In this document: piece after piece, positions 9,756 to 19,099 of the stretch | How positions within the stretch are numbered: the stretch's first letter is position 1 | Layout of the letters: every line of letters starts with the position of its first letter | NCBI GenBank assembly: GCA_963931155.1 | Contig: OZ006978.1 | Location: 815,469-847,468, forward strand | Length of the DNA stretch: 32,000 bases | Reading direction: 5' to 3' | Origin: an uncultured Clostridia bacterium | GTDB taxonomy: Bacteria; Bacillota; Clostridia; TANB77; CAG-508 | Position numbers and translations under genes: made by a program | The notes under the pieces: generated by a model | The model's input: the letters and a program-made list of their open reading frames with translations, nothing else | Told to the model about the DNA's origin: nothing | Databases searched by the model: none

Positions 9756-11939
9756 CTATACTTTCATACTTAAACTAACTTTTTGTCTATCAGTATCTAT
9801 TCCTATAACTTTTACTTTTACTATGTCTCCAACAGATACTATATCTGATGGATTTTTTACATAGCTATTACTCATTTCTGATATATGTACTAAACCATCA
9901 TGTTTTACTCCAACATCCACAAATGCTCCAAAATCAGTTACGTTTCTTACTGTTCCTGTTAGTACTTGACCTTCTCTTAAATCTTCAAATTTTAAAACAT
10001 CTGCCCTAAGTATTGGCTTTGGCATTTCCTCTCTTGGATCTCTGCCAGGTTTTGAAAGTTCTTCTATTATATCTTTTAATGTCATTTCACCCACATTTAG
10101 TTCCTTAGCTGTATTTTGTATATTAACTTTGGATAATTTTTCTTTTATTTCTTTGATTTTTTCTTTATCTACTAAATCTTCTTTATTATATCCAATACTA
10201 TCTAATAGGTTTTCAGCTATCTTATAACTTTCTGGATGAACAGCCGTTGTTTCTAATGGATTTTTTCCATCTGTTATACGAATAAATCCTGCACATTGCT
10301 CGAATGTTGCTTTTCCAAGTTTTGGTACTTTCAATAACTCTTTTCTTTCTTTTAGTTTTCCATGCTCATCCCTATATTTCACTATATTATTAGCAATTGT
10401 TTTATTTATTCCTGAGATATATTGTAGTAATGAAGGTGTGGCTGTATTAACATCAACACCAACTTTATTTACAGCGTCTTCTACCACACCAGTTAAGCTT
10501 TCAGAAAGCATTTTCTGGTCTACATCGTGTTGGTATTGCCCAACACCTATTGATTTTGGATCTATTTTTACTAGTTCTGCCAACGGGTCTTGCAATCTTC
10601 TTGCTATTGAAATAGCACCTCTTAAAGAAACATTAATATCAGGATATTCTTCTGTTGCTAGTTTTGAAGCAGAATATACAGATGCCCCAGCTTCTGATAC
10701 TATTGCATAGTGAACATCTTTTCCAAATTCTTCTTTTGCTTTTCTTATTACATCTGCAACAAATATTTCTGATTCTCTTGAGGCTGTTCCATTTCCTATT
10801 GCAAACATATTTACATCATATTTTTTTATTAATTCTAATAGTTTTTTAGTTGAATTTTCAATATCATTTTGTGGCTCTGTTGGATAAATTGTTGTTGTTT
10901 CTAATACTTTTCCTGTTTCATCTATTACTGCTATCTTGCACCCTGTTCTATATGCAGGATCAAACCCTATAACTGTTAAATTTTTTATTGGAGCACCTAA
11001 AAGCAATTGTTTAGCATTTTTTCCAAATACCTTTATTGCCTTTTCTTCAGCTTTTGCTGTTAAGTCAGAACGTATTTCTCTATCAATAGATGGCTCTATT
11101 AATCTTTTCCAGCTATCTTGTATTGTATTTTTTAAATACTCCTCATATTGAGTTTGACCTTTTATTATATCCTTTTCAACATAATTTAATATTTTATCTT
11201 CATTTTTATCTATTTTTACTTTTAAGAAATCCTCTTTTTCTCCTCTATTTATAGCTAGTATTCTATGGCTCGGTAATTTATTTATGCTTTCATTAAAATC
11301 ATAATACATTTCGTAACTAGACTTTTCCTCTGGATCTGTTGCTTTAACCTCAATAATTCCTTCTCTGTAGCATATACCTTTAATTTTTTTTCTATATTTA
11401 GGATTATCAGAAATATTTTCTGCAATAATATCTAGTGCTCCTGCTATCGCATCTTCTACGTTTGCAACAACTTTATCCTTGTCTGTATTTTCAATATCCT
11501 TTGTTACAAATTCTTGTGCTATTTCAATTATAGGTCTTGTATCCTCTTGAATAAATATTATTTCTGCCAATGGTTCTAATCCTTTTGCCTTAGCAACCGT
11601 AGCTCTTGTTTTTTTCTTTGGTTTGTATGGTCTGTATATATCTTCAACTTCTGCAAGTGTTTTTGCATCTTCTAAAGATTTGGTTATTTCTTCTGTTAAT
11701 TTCCCTTGCTCTTCTATTGATTTTATAACTTCTTCTTTTCTTTTTTCTAAATTTCTTAAATAATTTAGCCTTTCACCAAATTCTCTTAAAACTTCATCAG
11801 ATAATCCTCCTGTAACTTCTTTTCTATAACGAGCTATAAAAGGTATTGTATTACCTTCATCTATTAATCTTATTGTTGCTTCAACTTGACTTGTCTTTAT
11901 TTTTAATTCTTCTGCTATATTGTTTATAATTTTGTCCAT
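9756..11939 (-). CDS. tex: Tex-like transcription accessory protein (YqgF/RuvC-like fold, HhH motifs, C-terminal S1 domain)
   Basis: N-terminus MDKIINNIAEELKIKTSQVEATIRLIDEGNTIPFIARYRKE is the Tex signature. C-terminal S1 domain: GQVLTGTVRNVTDFGAFVDVGVKHDGLVHISE. I chose the start at 11939 because GGAGG lies 6 nt upstream. The track start at 11951 is itself part of that SD (ATGGAGG). Confidence 0.93.
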   Translation of the reverse strand: MDKIINNIAEELKIKTSQVEATIRLIDEGNTIPFIARYRKEVTGGLSDEVLREFGERLNYLRNLEKRKEEVIKSIEEQGKLTEEITKSLEDAKTLAEVEDIYRPYKPKKKTRATVAKAKGLEPLAEIIFIQEDTRPIIEIAQEFVTKDIENTDKDKVVANVEDAIAGALDIIAENISDNPKYRKKIKGICYREGIIEVKATDPEEKSSYEMYYDFNESINKLPSHRILAINRGEKEDFLKVKIDKNEDKILNYVEKDIIKGQTQYEEYLKNTIQDSWKRLIEPSIDREIRSDLTAKAEEKAIKVFGKNAKQLLLGAPIKNLTVIGFDPAYRTGCKIAVIDETGKVLETTTIYPTEPQNDIENSTKKLLELIKKYDVNMFAIGNGTASRESEIFVADVIRKAKEEFGKDVHYAIVSEAGASVYSASKLATEEYPDINVSLRGAISIARRLQDPLAELVKIDPKSIGVGQYQHDVDQKMLSESLTGVVEDAVNKVGVDVNTATPSLLQYISGINKTIANNIVKYRDEHGKLKERKELLKVPKLGKATFEQCAGFIRITDGKNPLETTAVHPESYKIAENLLDSIGYNKEDLVDKEKIKEIKEKLSKVNIQNTAKELNVGEMTLKDIIEELSKPGRDPREEMPKPILRADVLKFEDLREGQVLTGTVRNVTDFGAFVDVGVKHDGLVHISEMSNSYVKNPSDIVSVGDIVKVKVIGIDTDRQKVSLSMKV

Positions 11940-12099
11940 TTTAACCTCCATTTACTTGCATTTACATTTTAACAAAATTTCACTTAATAAACTATATCCT
12001 CTTTTCTCTTATTCCCTAGCAAGTTTTAGTTTCTTATTGTATTTAACACCAAAATAATATATAATGTCAATACATATTATAAAATAAGGAGGAAATTAT

Positions 12100-12774
12100 A
12101 TGGGAATAGCTTCTTTTGTAGTCGGCCTATCTTGTTTAATGTTATCACCTTTTTTTAATGTATTTCTTGTTTTGCCATCAATTCTTGGTCTAGTTCTAGG
12201 AATAATTGATACAATTGTAAAAACTAAAAATAAGCAATCTAAAGGTTTATCAATTGCAGGAATTGTTCTTTCATCAATAGCTTTAGTCGTATGCGCAATA
12301 CTTACTATAGGAATATATGCCTTAAGTAATTACTCTACTACTTCTACAAATACCTCTGTAGAACTTATATCATCTGATATATACTCTAGTGTAGGCAATT
12401 CTGCTACATCTGATAACATTAAAGTAGATTTTAAAAATGTCGATTTAAATTTTAAAAAATACAATGATTATGCATTTATTCCTGGTGGATATACAATTTT
12501 AAAAGCTGATTTTGAATTTGAGAATGTAGGAAATACTTATTCTCTAGTATCTTATAATGATTTTAAATGTTATGCAGATGATTTTTCTTGTGATGAGTTC
12601 TATTATGTAGATAATTACTTTTTTTCTGAATCTTTAGCTCCTGGCGAAAAATATACTGCATCAGTTTATTTTGAAGTTCCAAAAAGTGCTACTTCAATAG
12701 ACCTTGAATATGACTCAAATCCTTCTAAAGAAGGAAAAATAATATTTAATGTAAAAAATAATACTGAAAAATAG
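12100..12774 (+). CDS. Membrane-anchored protein with a DUF4190-like N-terminus and a DUF4352-like extracellular domain
   Basis: AAGGAGG lies 7 nt upstream. There are two or three TM segments (GIASFVVGLSCLMLSPFF, SIAGIVLSSIALVVCAIL), then a beta-rich domain (ILKADFEFENVGN ... ASVYFEVPK) typical of DUF4352. Confidence 0.6.
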   Translation: MGIASFVVGLSCLMLSPFFNVFLVLPSILGLVLGIIDTIVKTKNKQSKGLSIAGIVLSSIALVVCAILTIGIYALSNYSTTSTNTSVELISSDIYSSVGNSATSDNIKVDFKNVDLNFKKYNDYAFIPGGYTILKADFEFENVGNTYSLVSYNDFKCYADDFSCDEFYYVDNYFFSESLAPGEKYTASVYFEVPKSATSIDLEYDSNPSKEGKIIFNVKNNTEK

Positions 12775-12789
12775 TTTGTTAAAAAATAA

Positions 12790-12832
12790 AAAAACAAATC
12801 AATTTATAAATTATTAAATTGATTTGTTTTTT
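12790..12832. terminator. Bidirectional terminator between convergent genes
   Basis: AAAAACAAATCAATTTA pairs with TAAATTGATTTGTTTTT, flanked by an A-run and a T-run. Confidence 0.8.
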
Positions 12833-12834
12833 TA

Positions 12835-14415
12835 TTATTCTATTCCTAAATACTCATCATATGTTACTTCTCTATCAACAACTGTATCATTCTTTATATC
12901 AATTATTCTATTTGCTACAGTTTGAGTTAATTGATGGTCATGTGATGTAAATAATAATATTCCTTTATATTTCATTAAGCCTTCATTTAATGCTGTTATG
13001 CTTTCCATATCTAAGTGATTTGTAGGTTCATCAAAAATTAATAAGTTTGCTCCTGAAAGCATCATCTTAGAAAGTACACATCTTACTTTTTCTCCTCCAG
13101 ATAGTACTTTTACTTTCTTTAAAGCTTCTTCTCCAGAGAACAACATTCTTCCTAAAAAGCTTCTTACATAAGTTTCATCTGGATCTTTAGAATACTGTCT
13201 TAGCCAATCAGTTATTGTTAAGTCAGATTCAAATAAATAATTATTATCCTTAGGGAAGTAATTAGTTGTTATTGTTGTTCCATATTTAATTGTTCCTGAA
13301 TCTGGTTCCATTTCTCCTGCTAAAATTTGAAATAATACTGTTTTTGCATTTTCATTATCTGCTAAAAAAGCTATTTTATCATTTGGTTTTACTACAAAAG
13401 ATACTTTGTCTAATATTTTTTCTCCATTTATTGTTTTTGAAATATTTCTTACCTCTAATATATCTTTTCCTGGTTCTCTATCTGGCTTAAAATCAATATA
13501 TGGGTACCTTCTGTTTGATGGTTTAATTTCATCTAGTTGGATTTTCTCTAATGATTTCTTTCTAGATGTAGCTTGTTTTGATTTTGAAGCATTGGCACTA
13601 AATCTTGCAATAAATTCTTGTAACTCTTTTATTTTTTCTTCTTTTTTCTTGTTTGCATCTCTCATTTGTTTTAATGCTAATTGGCTTGATTCATACCAAA
13701 AATCATAATTTCCTGGATAAACTGTTATTTTTCCAAAGTCTACATCTGCAATATGTGTACAAACTTTGTTTAAAAAATATCTATCATGTGATACAACAAT
13801 AACAGTATTTTCAAAATTAATTAAAAATTCTTCTAACCATTTAATACTCTTTAAATCCAAGTCATTTGTAGGCTCATCAAGAAGTAGAATGTCTGGATTT
13901 CCGAACAATGCTTGTGCTAATAATACTTTTACTTTATCTTTTGGTTCTATTTCTTTCATTAATTTATAATGCTTTTCTGAATCAATTCCTAAATCGTTTA
14001 AAAGTACTGCACTATCTGATTCTGCATTCCATCCATCTAATTCTGCAAACCTTTCTTCTAATTTAGCTGCTTTCATGCCATCTTCCTCTGAGAAATCTGG
14101 TTTTGCATATATTGCTTCTTTTTCCTTCATTATATTATACAATTCTTGGTTTCCCATAATAACAGTATCCATAACAGTATGCTCTTCATAAGCAAAGTGA
14201 TCTTGTTTTAATACTGAAATTCTTTCTTGTTTTTCTTTTGATACTTCTCCCTTGCTAGGCTCTATTTCTCCAGATAACACTTTTAAAAATGTAGACTTCC
14301 CAGCACCGTTAGCTCCTATAATTCCGTAGCAACATCCTTTATTAAACTTTATGTTTACATCTTCAAACAAAGTTCTTTTTCCAAATCTAATTGTAACTCC
14401 AGTTGCTGTTAACAT
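12835..14415 (-). CDS. ABC-F family ATPase (two ABC cassettes, no transmembrane domain)
   Basis: Walker A: GANGAGKST. Signatures and Walker B: LLLDEPTNDLD and LSGGEKVR ... LIFDEPTNHLD. A charged inter-domain linker (KKKEEKIKELQEFIARF) is present. SD GGGGGA lies 6 nt upstream. Confidence 0.9.
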   Translation of the reverse strand: MLTATGVTIRFGKRTLFEDVNIKFNKGCCYGIIGANGAGKSTFLKVLSGEIEPSKGEVSKEKQERISVLKQDHFAYEEHTVMDTVIMGNQELYNIMKEKEAIYAKPDFSEEDGMKAAKLEERFAELDGWNAESDSAVLLNDLGIDSEKHYKLMKEIEPKDKVKVLLAQALFGNPDILLLDEPTNDLDLKSIKWLEEFLINFENTVIVVSHDRYFLNKVCTHIADVDFGKITVYPGNYDFWYESSQLALKQMRDANKKKEEKIKELQEFIARFSANASKSKQATSRKKSLEKIQLDEIKPSNRRYPYIDFKPDREPGKDILEVRNISKTINGEKILDKVSFVVKPNDKIAFLADNENAKTVLFQILAGEMEPDSGTIKYGTTITTNYFPKDNNYLFESDLTITDWLRQYSKDPDETYVRSFLGRMLFSGEEALKKVKVLSGGEKVRCVLSKMMLSGANLLIFDEPTNHLDMESITALNEGLMKYKGILLFTSHDHQLTQTVANRIIDIKNDTVVDREVTYDEYLGIE

Positions 14416-14491
14416 TTAGTTTCCCCCTAACTTCATAAATTTAATTTATATTTTATGTATTTTTATTTAATATTGTTTTACTAATTTATAA

Positions 14492-15442
14492 TTAGTCTAG
14501 CATACCTTTTTTCTTTAACCATATACTTGCTATTATTCCAATTAATAAAGAGAAAAAGACTATTAATATAAATCCAAATGGACTATTTTGCAATGGAACT
14601 CCAACATTCATTCCCCAGTAACTTGCTATCATTGTAGGTATAGCCAATATAATTGTAATTGATGTTAAATATTTCATAACACCATTTAAGTTGTTAGAAA
14701 TAATTGAAGCATAAGCATCCATTGTGCTTGCTAAAATGTCTCTATATATTTTTGCCATTTCTATAGCTTGTTTATTTTCTATAATTGAGTCCTCTAATAT
14801 ATCTTCATCTTCTTCATACAATTTTATTAAATTGCCTCTCATGGTTTTTTCCATTACAACTTCATTTGATTTTAATGATGTTGTAAAATAAACAAGACCT
14901 TTTTCTAAACTTAGTAACTTTAAAAGTTCTTTATTTTTCATAGAATTTTTTAATACATTTTCTGCTATTTCTGTTTCTTTGTTTATTTTCTTTAATAAAT
15001 TCAAAAACATTTCAGAATTTGAATACATTATTTGTAATAACATTCTACTTTTTTTGTATGTTACTATAGTCTTCATTTTATTTTTTACTAAGCTTTCCAA
15101 TATAGGATTTTTATTTAAAGAAACTGTGATTATATAATCATCTCTTACAAAAATTACTCCTATTGGAATTGTACTATATACCTTTGCTCCATACTCTATT
15201 CCCATAATTGGTGTATCAATAATAAATAATATAGTATTGTCATCATCTTCTATATCAATTCTGGCCTTTTCTTCTGGATCTAGGGCATATCTAATAAAGT
15301 CTTCTTGTATATTTATATTTTCACATACGGTTTTAATCTCTTCGTCACTCGGTGAAACCATGTTTATCCAATTTCCTCTCATGTATTCTTTTGTTTCTGT
15401 AGTTATATTTGTTTCTATGTCTGTACTATACATTTTAAACAT
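14492..15442 (-). CDS. corA: CorA-family magnesium/cobalt transporter
   Basis: YWGMNVGVP (GMN signature) precedes the last TM segment. I placed the start at 15442 (MFKMYSTD) because AAGGGGTGA lies 5 nt upstream. The track start at 15475 has no SD. Confidence 0.88.
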   Translation of the reverse strand: MFKMYSTDIETNITTETKEYMRGNWINMVSPSDEEIKTVCENINIQEDFIRYALDPEEKARIDIEDDDNTILFIIDTPIMGIEYGAKVYSTIPIGVIFVRDDYIITVSLNKNPILESLVKNKMKTIVTYKKSRMLLQIMYSNSEMFLNLLKKINKETEIAENVLKNSMKNKELLKLLSLEKGLVYFTTSLKSNEVVMEKTMRGNLIKLYEEDEDILEDSIIENKQAIEMAKIYRDILASTMDAYASIISNNLNGVMKYLTSITIILAIPTMIASYWGMNVGVPLQNSPFGFILIVFFSLLIGIIASIWLKKKGMLD

Positions 15443-15465
15443 CGTTATCACCCCTTCAAGACAAT

Positions 15466-15494
15466 ATATTAACATAATTTAGAAATAATTACAA
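15466..15494 (-). promoter_or_regulatory. Candidate corA promoter
   Basis: On the minus strand: TTGTAA, 17-nt spacer, TAATAT. The leader is short, leaving no room for an M-box. Confidence 0.45.
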
Positions 15495-15511
15495 CTAAAT
15501 TCGAAAAAATA

Positions 15512-15540
15512 TTGACAAAAACCGTCTGTAGAATTATAAT
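15512..15540 (+). promoter_or_regulatory. Consensus sigma-A promoter for tRNA-Lys(CUU)
   Basis: TTGACA (15512-15517), 17-nt spacer, TATAAT (15535-15540), 30 nt upstream of the tRNA. Confidence 0.8.
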
Positions 15541-15570
15541 ATTAATGTTACTATATAAATAATTATTTAT

Positions 15571-15646
15571 GCGCCATTAGCTCAGTTGGTAGAGCAGTTG
15601 ACTCTTAATCAAATGGTCGGAGGTTCGAATCCTCTATGGCGCACCA
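15571..15646 (+). tRNA. tRNA-Lys (anticodon CUU), CCA encoded
   Basis: Acceptor GCGCCAT/ATGGCGC, D arm GCTC-AGTTGGTA-GAGC, anticodon loop CTCTTAA, T arm GGAGG-TTCGAAT-CCTCT, 3' ACCA. There is one G27:A43 mismatch in the anticodon stem. Confidence 0.9.
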
Positions 15647-15693
15647 GTGCTATATTTGATTAAAATAAATTTAACAGAATATATACAAAAATT

Positions 15694-15735
15694 AAGTCAG
15701 AACCACGTGTATAACACGTGGTTCTGACTTTTCTA
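15694..15735. terminator. Bidirectional terminator shared by the tRNA and the VanW gene
   Basis: GTCAGAACCACGTG / CACGTGGTTCTGAC is a perfect 14-bp stem (15696-15728) with TTTTCT downstream on the plus strand. Confidence 0.85.
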
Positions 15736-15756
15736 ATTATTTTTATGCAATTTCTA

Positions 15757-17289
15757 TTATTTTAGTTTTTCCCCTTTTTTTATAATCATAGGCAATGAAT
15801 CATAAGAATCTTTGGATAATAAAGTTTTAGAGACAATTTTCCCATTTGATTTTAATATTCTATATGTTTCACAAGTACAACCTTCATATCCATTTTGCAT
15901 TATTACTTCTTCCCCATTTTTTAAATTAGAATCATATTCATACTTTGTTGTATATGGTATATATGTTTTTACTACAGATTGTATTTCTACTTTGTATTCC
16001 TTTTTTTCTTCAATACCGTAAATACTCATTTCACAAATTCCATTTTTAGCTTTAGCTTCTATTTTAATTGGATATGTTCTTGTATTTTTAAATTTAAAAT
16101 CAATTCCTCCCCATGTTACAGTTGCATCTCTTCCTTCAGCCACATATGATGTTAAAAATTGATGATTTGTTCTATCTACTATTTCTAAATTTGCAAGCAA
16201 TGCTACATTATATAATGTTGATGAAGTTTGACAAACTCCTCCACCTACATCTTGAATAACCTTACCTCCAGCATATGCACCTGCTTCCTTATATCCTTTA
16301 GTAATTGTTCTTTCCCCAACTGTTTTGTTATAAGAAAATACCTCTTCAGGCATTAAAATTACTCCATTTATTTTTTTAGTAGATAATTCCACATTATTGC
16401 TTCTATTTCTATTGGTCGGATTATATCTTGTTGTATAAGTTGCAAGTTTATTAGGGAAAGCTTCCTTGCCTAATTCTTTTAAAGTTATATTCGGTTTTGT
16501 TATTTTTAATGGTATCATATATTCTTTTTCATTTTCTGCTAATAATTGTTTTGCTTCTTCCATTGATATAGCAAAGTCTATTCCTGTTATATCTGCATGT
16601 ACAGTAGTTGGATTTTCTGAAATATAAGCATCTTGAGCCTCTTTATAGATTTCACTTCTTATTTGAACTAAATCTATGCTACTAGGCTTTATAGTTTCTG
16701 TGGGGAATTCAATCATATTCTCATTACTTTGTATATCTTTTATTTTATTAATTATTTCTTTTTCTAATTCTGTCTTATTAATTTGCTGTCCCTCAGTTCC
16801 CTTTACAATAACTAAATTTTCTCCTTCAATATAATAACTATTGTCTTTAAAAGCATTAGGCATTTTAGCAGAAATATCTGTTATCTTTTTATCTAAAACA
16901 CCTTCTTTATAATTGAAATTACATTCTAACTTTTTCCCAAATAATTTTGCAAATAATATCCCATAATTATTTGTAATTATATTTCCATTTTTTCCCACAT
17001 TATATGCTTTATCAATAGCTGAATCTATATCAAAATTTCCATCAATTTGGTTAGCGTTTATACATGTCTCATATTTATCTTTCTTTAATATTATATCTTC
17101 TTTTAACTTTTCATTTAAAATATCAGTTAATTTTTTTCTTGCTTCTTCTTTTGTTAAATTACTCACATCTATATTCATTATAGCAATATTACTATAAATT
17201 CTTTCATTATTCATATTTGTTAATGCAAAAATTACTGAAAAAAATATTAATAATAAAACTATCAAGCTAATTAATATAGGTTTATACAT
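15757..17289 (-). CDS. VanW-domain protein with an N-terminal membrane anchor and a C-terminal G5-like domain
   Basis: N-terminal TM: PILISLIVLLLIFFSVIFAL. VanW core: FSYNKTVGERTITKGYKEAGAY ... GGGVCQTSSTLYNVALLANLEIVDRTNH. The C-terminal beta-rich region looks G5-like. SD AAGGAGA lies 7 nt upstream. Confidence 0.85.
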   Translation of the reverse strand: MYKPILISLIVLLLIFFSVIFALTNMNNERIYSNIAIMNIDVSNLTKEEARKKLTDILNEKLKEDIILKKDKYETCINANQIDGNFDIDSAIDKAYNVGKNGNIITNNYGILFAKLFGKKLECNFNYKEGVLDKKITDISAKMPNAFKDNSYYIEGENLVIVKGTEGQQINKTELEKEIINKIKDIQSNENMIEFPTETIKPSSIDLVQIRSEIYKEAQDAYISENPTTVHADITGIDFAISMEEAKQLLAENEKEYMIPLKITKPNITLKELGKEAFPNKLATYTTRYNPTNRNRSNNVELSTKKINGVILMPEEVFSYNKTVGERTITKGYKEAGAYAGGKVIQDVGGGVCQTSSTLYNVALLANLEIVDRTNHQFLTSYVAEGRDATVTWGGIDFKFKNTRTYPIKIEAKAKNGICEMSIYGIEEKKEYKVEIQSVVKTYIPYTTKYEYDSNLKNGEEVIMQNGYEGCTCETYRILKSNGKIVSKTLLSKDSYDSLPMIIKKGEKLK

Positions 17290-17401
17290 AATAATATCTC
17301 CTTTATATATTGTATCCCTATAAATTAGATAATATTACAATATATGCATACATGTAACTAGTTTGCTTAAATAAGATTTTACAAAAAAACCTATTTTTCT
17401 C

Positions 17402-17430
17402 TAGACAATTATTGCCTTTTTATATATAAT
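17402..17430 (+). promoter_or_regulatory. Candidate promoter for the XRE-S24 repressor gene
   Basis: TAGACA (17402-17407), 17-nt spacer, TATAAT (17425-17430). Confidence 0.55.
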
Positions 17431-17461
17431 AAATTAAATTTTAAGAGAGAGGTTTTAACAA

Positions 17462-18049
17462 ATGATAGGTTATATGATATCTAGAATACGAAATGACAAA
17501 AATGTTGCAAAATCAGAGCTATCTAGACGTACAAATATTAATATTGGGCATATTTCACACATCGAAAAAGAAGAAAGAAACCCAAGTCACAGAGCATTAA
17601 AAGCAATTTGTAGAGCTCTTGAAGTACCTTATCAACCACTAATGTATACATATGATAAGGTATTTACAGAAGAACAAATAAATTTGGATATGCAAAATCA
17701 TATTGCTTATGATAAAGTTCTAGCCGTAAATTCATTAGACTCTTTTATTACATGCCCATTAGACTTGCCTAGTGCCTCATTAGCTGTTAAAATAGCTGAT
17801 AAGTCTATGGAACCACAATTGGAAAAAGATTCTTATGCCTTTGTTGAATTTAATTCACCACTAGACAATAAGGATATTGGGATTTTTGAATATCAAAACA
17901 AAGTTATTATAAGAAGATATATTGCTAGAAAAGATACAATAGTTCTACATCCTGATAATAAAGACTTTTCAGATATTGTTTTGACCCCAGATGATGATTA
18001 TAATATTATTGGTAAAATTATTGGTACAGATACAGGTTTAATTTTTTAG
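17462..18049 (+). CDS. CI/LexA-like repressor: XRE-family HTH fused to an S24 peptidase-like domain
   Basis: HTH region: KSELSRRTNINIGHISHIEKEERNPSHRALKAICRALEV. C-terminal S24-like region: KIADKSMEPQLEKDSYAFVE ... VIIRRYIARKD, with Ser and Lys candidates. Confidence 0.7.
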   Translation: MIGYMISRIRNDKNVAKSELSRRTNINIGHISHIEKEERNPSHRALKAICRALEVPYQPLMYTYDKVFTEEQINLDMQNHIAYDKVLAVNSLDSFITCPLDLPSASLAVKIADKSMEPQLEKDSYAFVEFNSPLDNKDIGIFEYQNKVIIRRYIARKDTIVLHPDNKDFSDIVLTPDDDYNIIGKIIGTDTGLIF

Positions 18050-18157
18050 AAAAATTTTTTAATTTTTTTAAAAAAACTATTGAATATTTTGTTTTTTAAT
18101 AATATAATTTAGTATATTATAAATGATTTTGTTAACAAGAGATAAAAGGAGAATGAA

Positions 18158-18637
18158 ATGGAGTTAGTAAAAGATATATTTTTTAATACAGATAAATTAA
18201 TAGAAAATACAACAGTAAAAATTTCATATACAGGAAAGTTATTTCAGGAAGGATCTGAGGAAGTATATGTACATTATGGATATGGACCAAATTGGAATAA
18301 TGTAACTGAAAAGCAAATGGAAAAAACCGAGTTAGGATTCCAAGCTGAAATAGAATTATCTTCAGATGAAACATTAAACTTATGTTTTAGAAATTCAAAT
18401 AATGAATGGGATAATAATGATTCTAAAAATTATACTTTTGAAATTGAAAAACCAGAAGAATTATCTTTAGTTGTAAAAGAGGAATCAAGTATTCAATCTC
18501 CTCGTAGATTAAGAAAAACTTATTTATGGAGTAAGAAAATTCGTTTAGCTGTATATAAAATTATAACTTATTTACCAAAGATTATATCAGGAAATTATAA
18601 AAGAAAAATTAATAGTGAAAATGATACAAATTCATAA
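18158..18637 (+). CDS. Small protein with a putative starch/glycogen-binding module (CBM25/53-like); otherwise hypothetical
   Basis: GGAG lies upstream. The pattern VYVHYGYGPNWNN ... FQAEIEL ... LCFRNSNNEWDNNDSKNYTF resembles starch-binding modules. This is recalled from memory and not verified. Confidence 0.45.
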   Translation: MELVKDIFFNTDKLIENTTVKISYTGKLFQEGSEEVYVHYGYGPNWNNVTEKQMEKTELGFQAEIELSSDETLNLCFRNSNNEWDNNDSKNYTFEIEKPEELSLVVKEESSIQSPRRLRKTYLWSKKIRLAVYKIITYLPKIISGNYKRKINSENDTNS

Positions 18638-18657
18638 ATAAAATCAAATAATGAAGT

Positions 18658-18690
18658 AAAGGTCTATATGAAATGTAGACCTTTATTATT
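18658..18690 (+). terminator. Terminator hairpin
   Basis: AAAGGTCTA (18658-18666) pairs with TAGACCTTT (18676-18684), followed by a T-rich tail. Confidence 0.6.
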
Positions 18691-18712
18691 TATAAAGGAA
18701 GGTATTTGAATT

Positions 18713-19099
18713 ATGCTATGTGCTAATTGCGGTCAGAAAATTTTAAATAAAAGGAAATTTTGTAGTCTTAAATGTCAAAAAGAATTTCAATATAATAATT
18801 ATATTCTTAAATGGAAACAAGGAGAAATTAATGGCATAAGAGGCGAATATCAAATATCAATGTATATAAAAACATATCTTTTTAAAAAATATAATAATAA
18901 ATGTGCTAGATGTGGTTGGGGAGAGAAAAATAAATATACTAATACAATTCCACTTGAAGTAGAACATATAGATGGGAATTATAAAAATAACAAGGAAGAA
19001 TATTTAATTTTGTTGTGTCCAAATTGTCATTCTTTGACCGCAACATATAAAGGAGCGAATTTAAATCATGGTAGAAAATCAAGAAAAAAATATAGTTAA
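18713..19099 (+). CDS. Free-standing HNH endonuclease with an N-terminal zinc-ribbon
   Basis: CANCGQ...CSLKC and CARCGW cysteine pairs are present. HNH core: EVEHIDGNYKNNKEEYLILLCPNCH. The 3' end overlaps the next gene by 32 nt. Confidence 0.8.
   Translation: MLCANCGQKILNKRKFCSLKCQKEFQYNNYILKWKQGEINGIRGEYQISMYIKTYLFKKYNNKCARCGWGEKNKYTNTIPLEVEHIDGNYKNNKEEYLILLCPNCHSLTATYKGANLNHGRKSRKKYS

Noticed and set aside
10438-11151. Three plus-strand ORFs (60-90 aa) inside tex, plus similar antisense ORFs inside the NRPS, the ABC-F gene, corA, VanW, gyrA and the T4CP gene
   Set aside because: All lie antisense or out of frame within long motif-rich genes. They have low-complexity translations and no ribosome-binding sites, which is typical shadow-ORF behaviour in AT-rich DNA.
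15443-15570. M-box (magnesium) riboswitch upstream of corA
   Set aside because: The predicted promoter leaves a leader of only about 20 nt, and the rest of the spacer is taken up by the divergent tRNA-Lys promoter. That leaves no room for a ~160-nt M-box.
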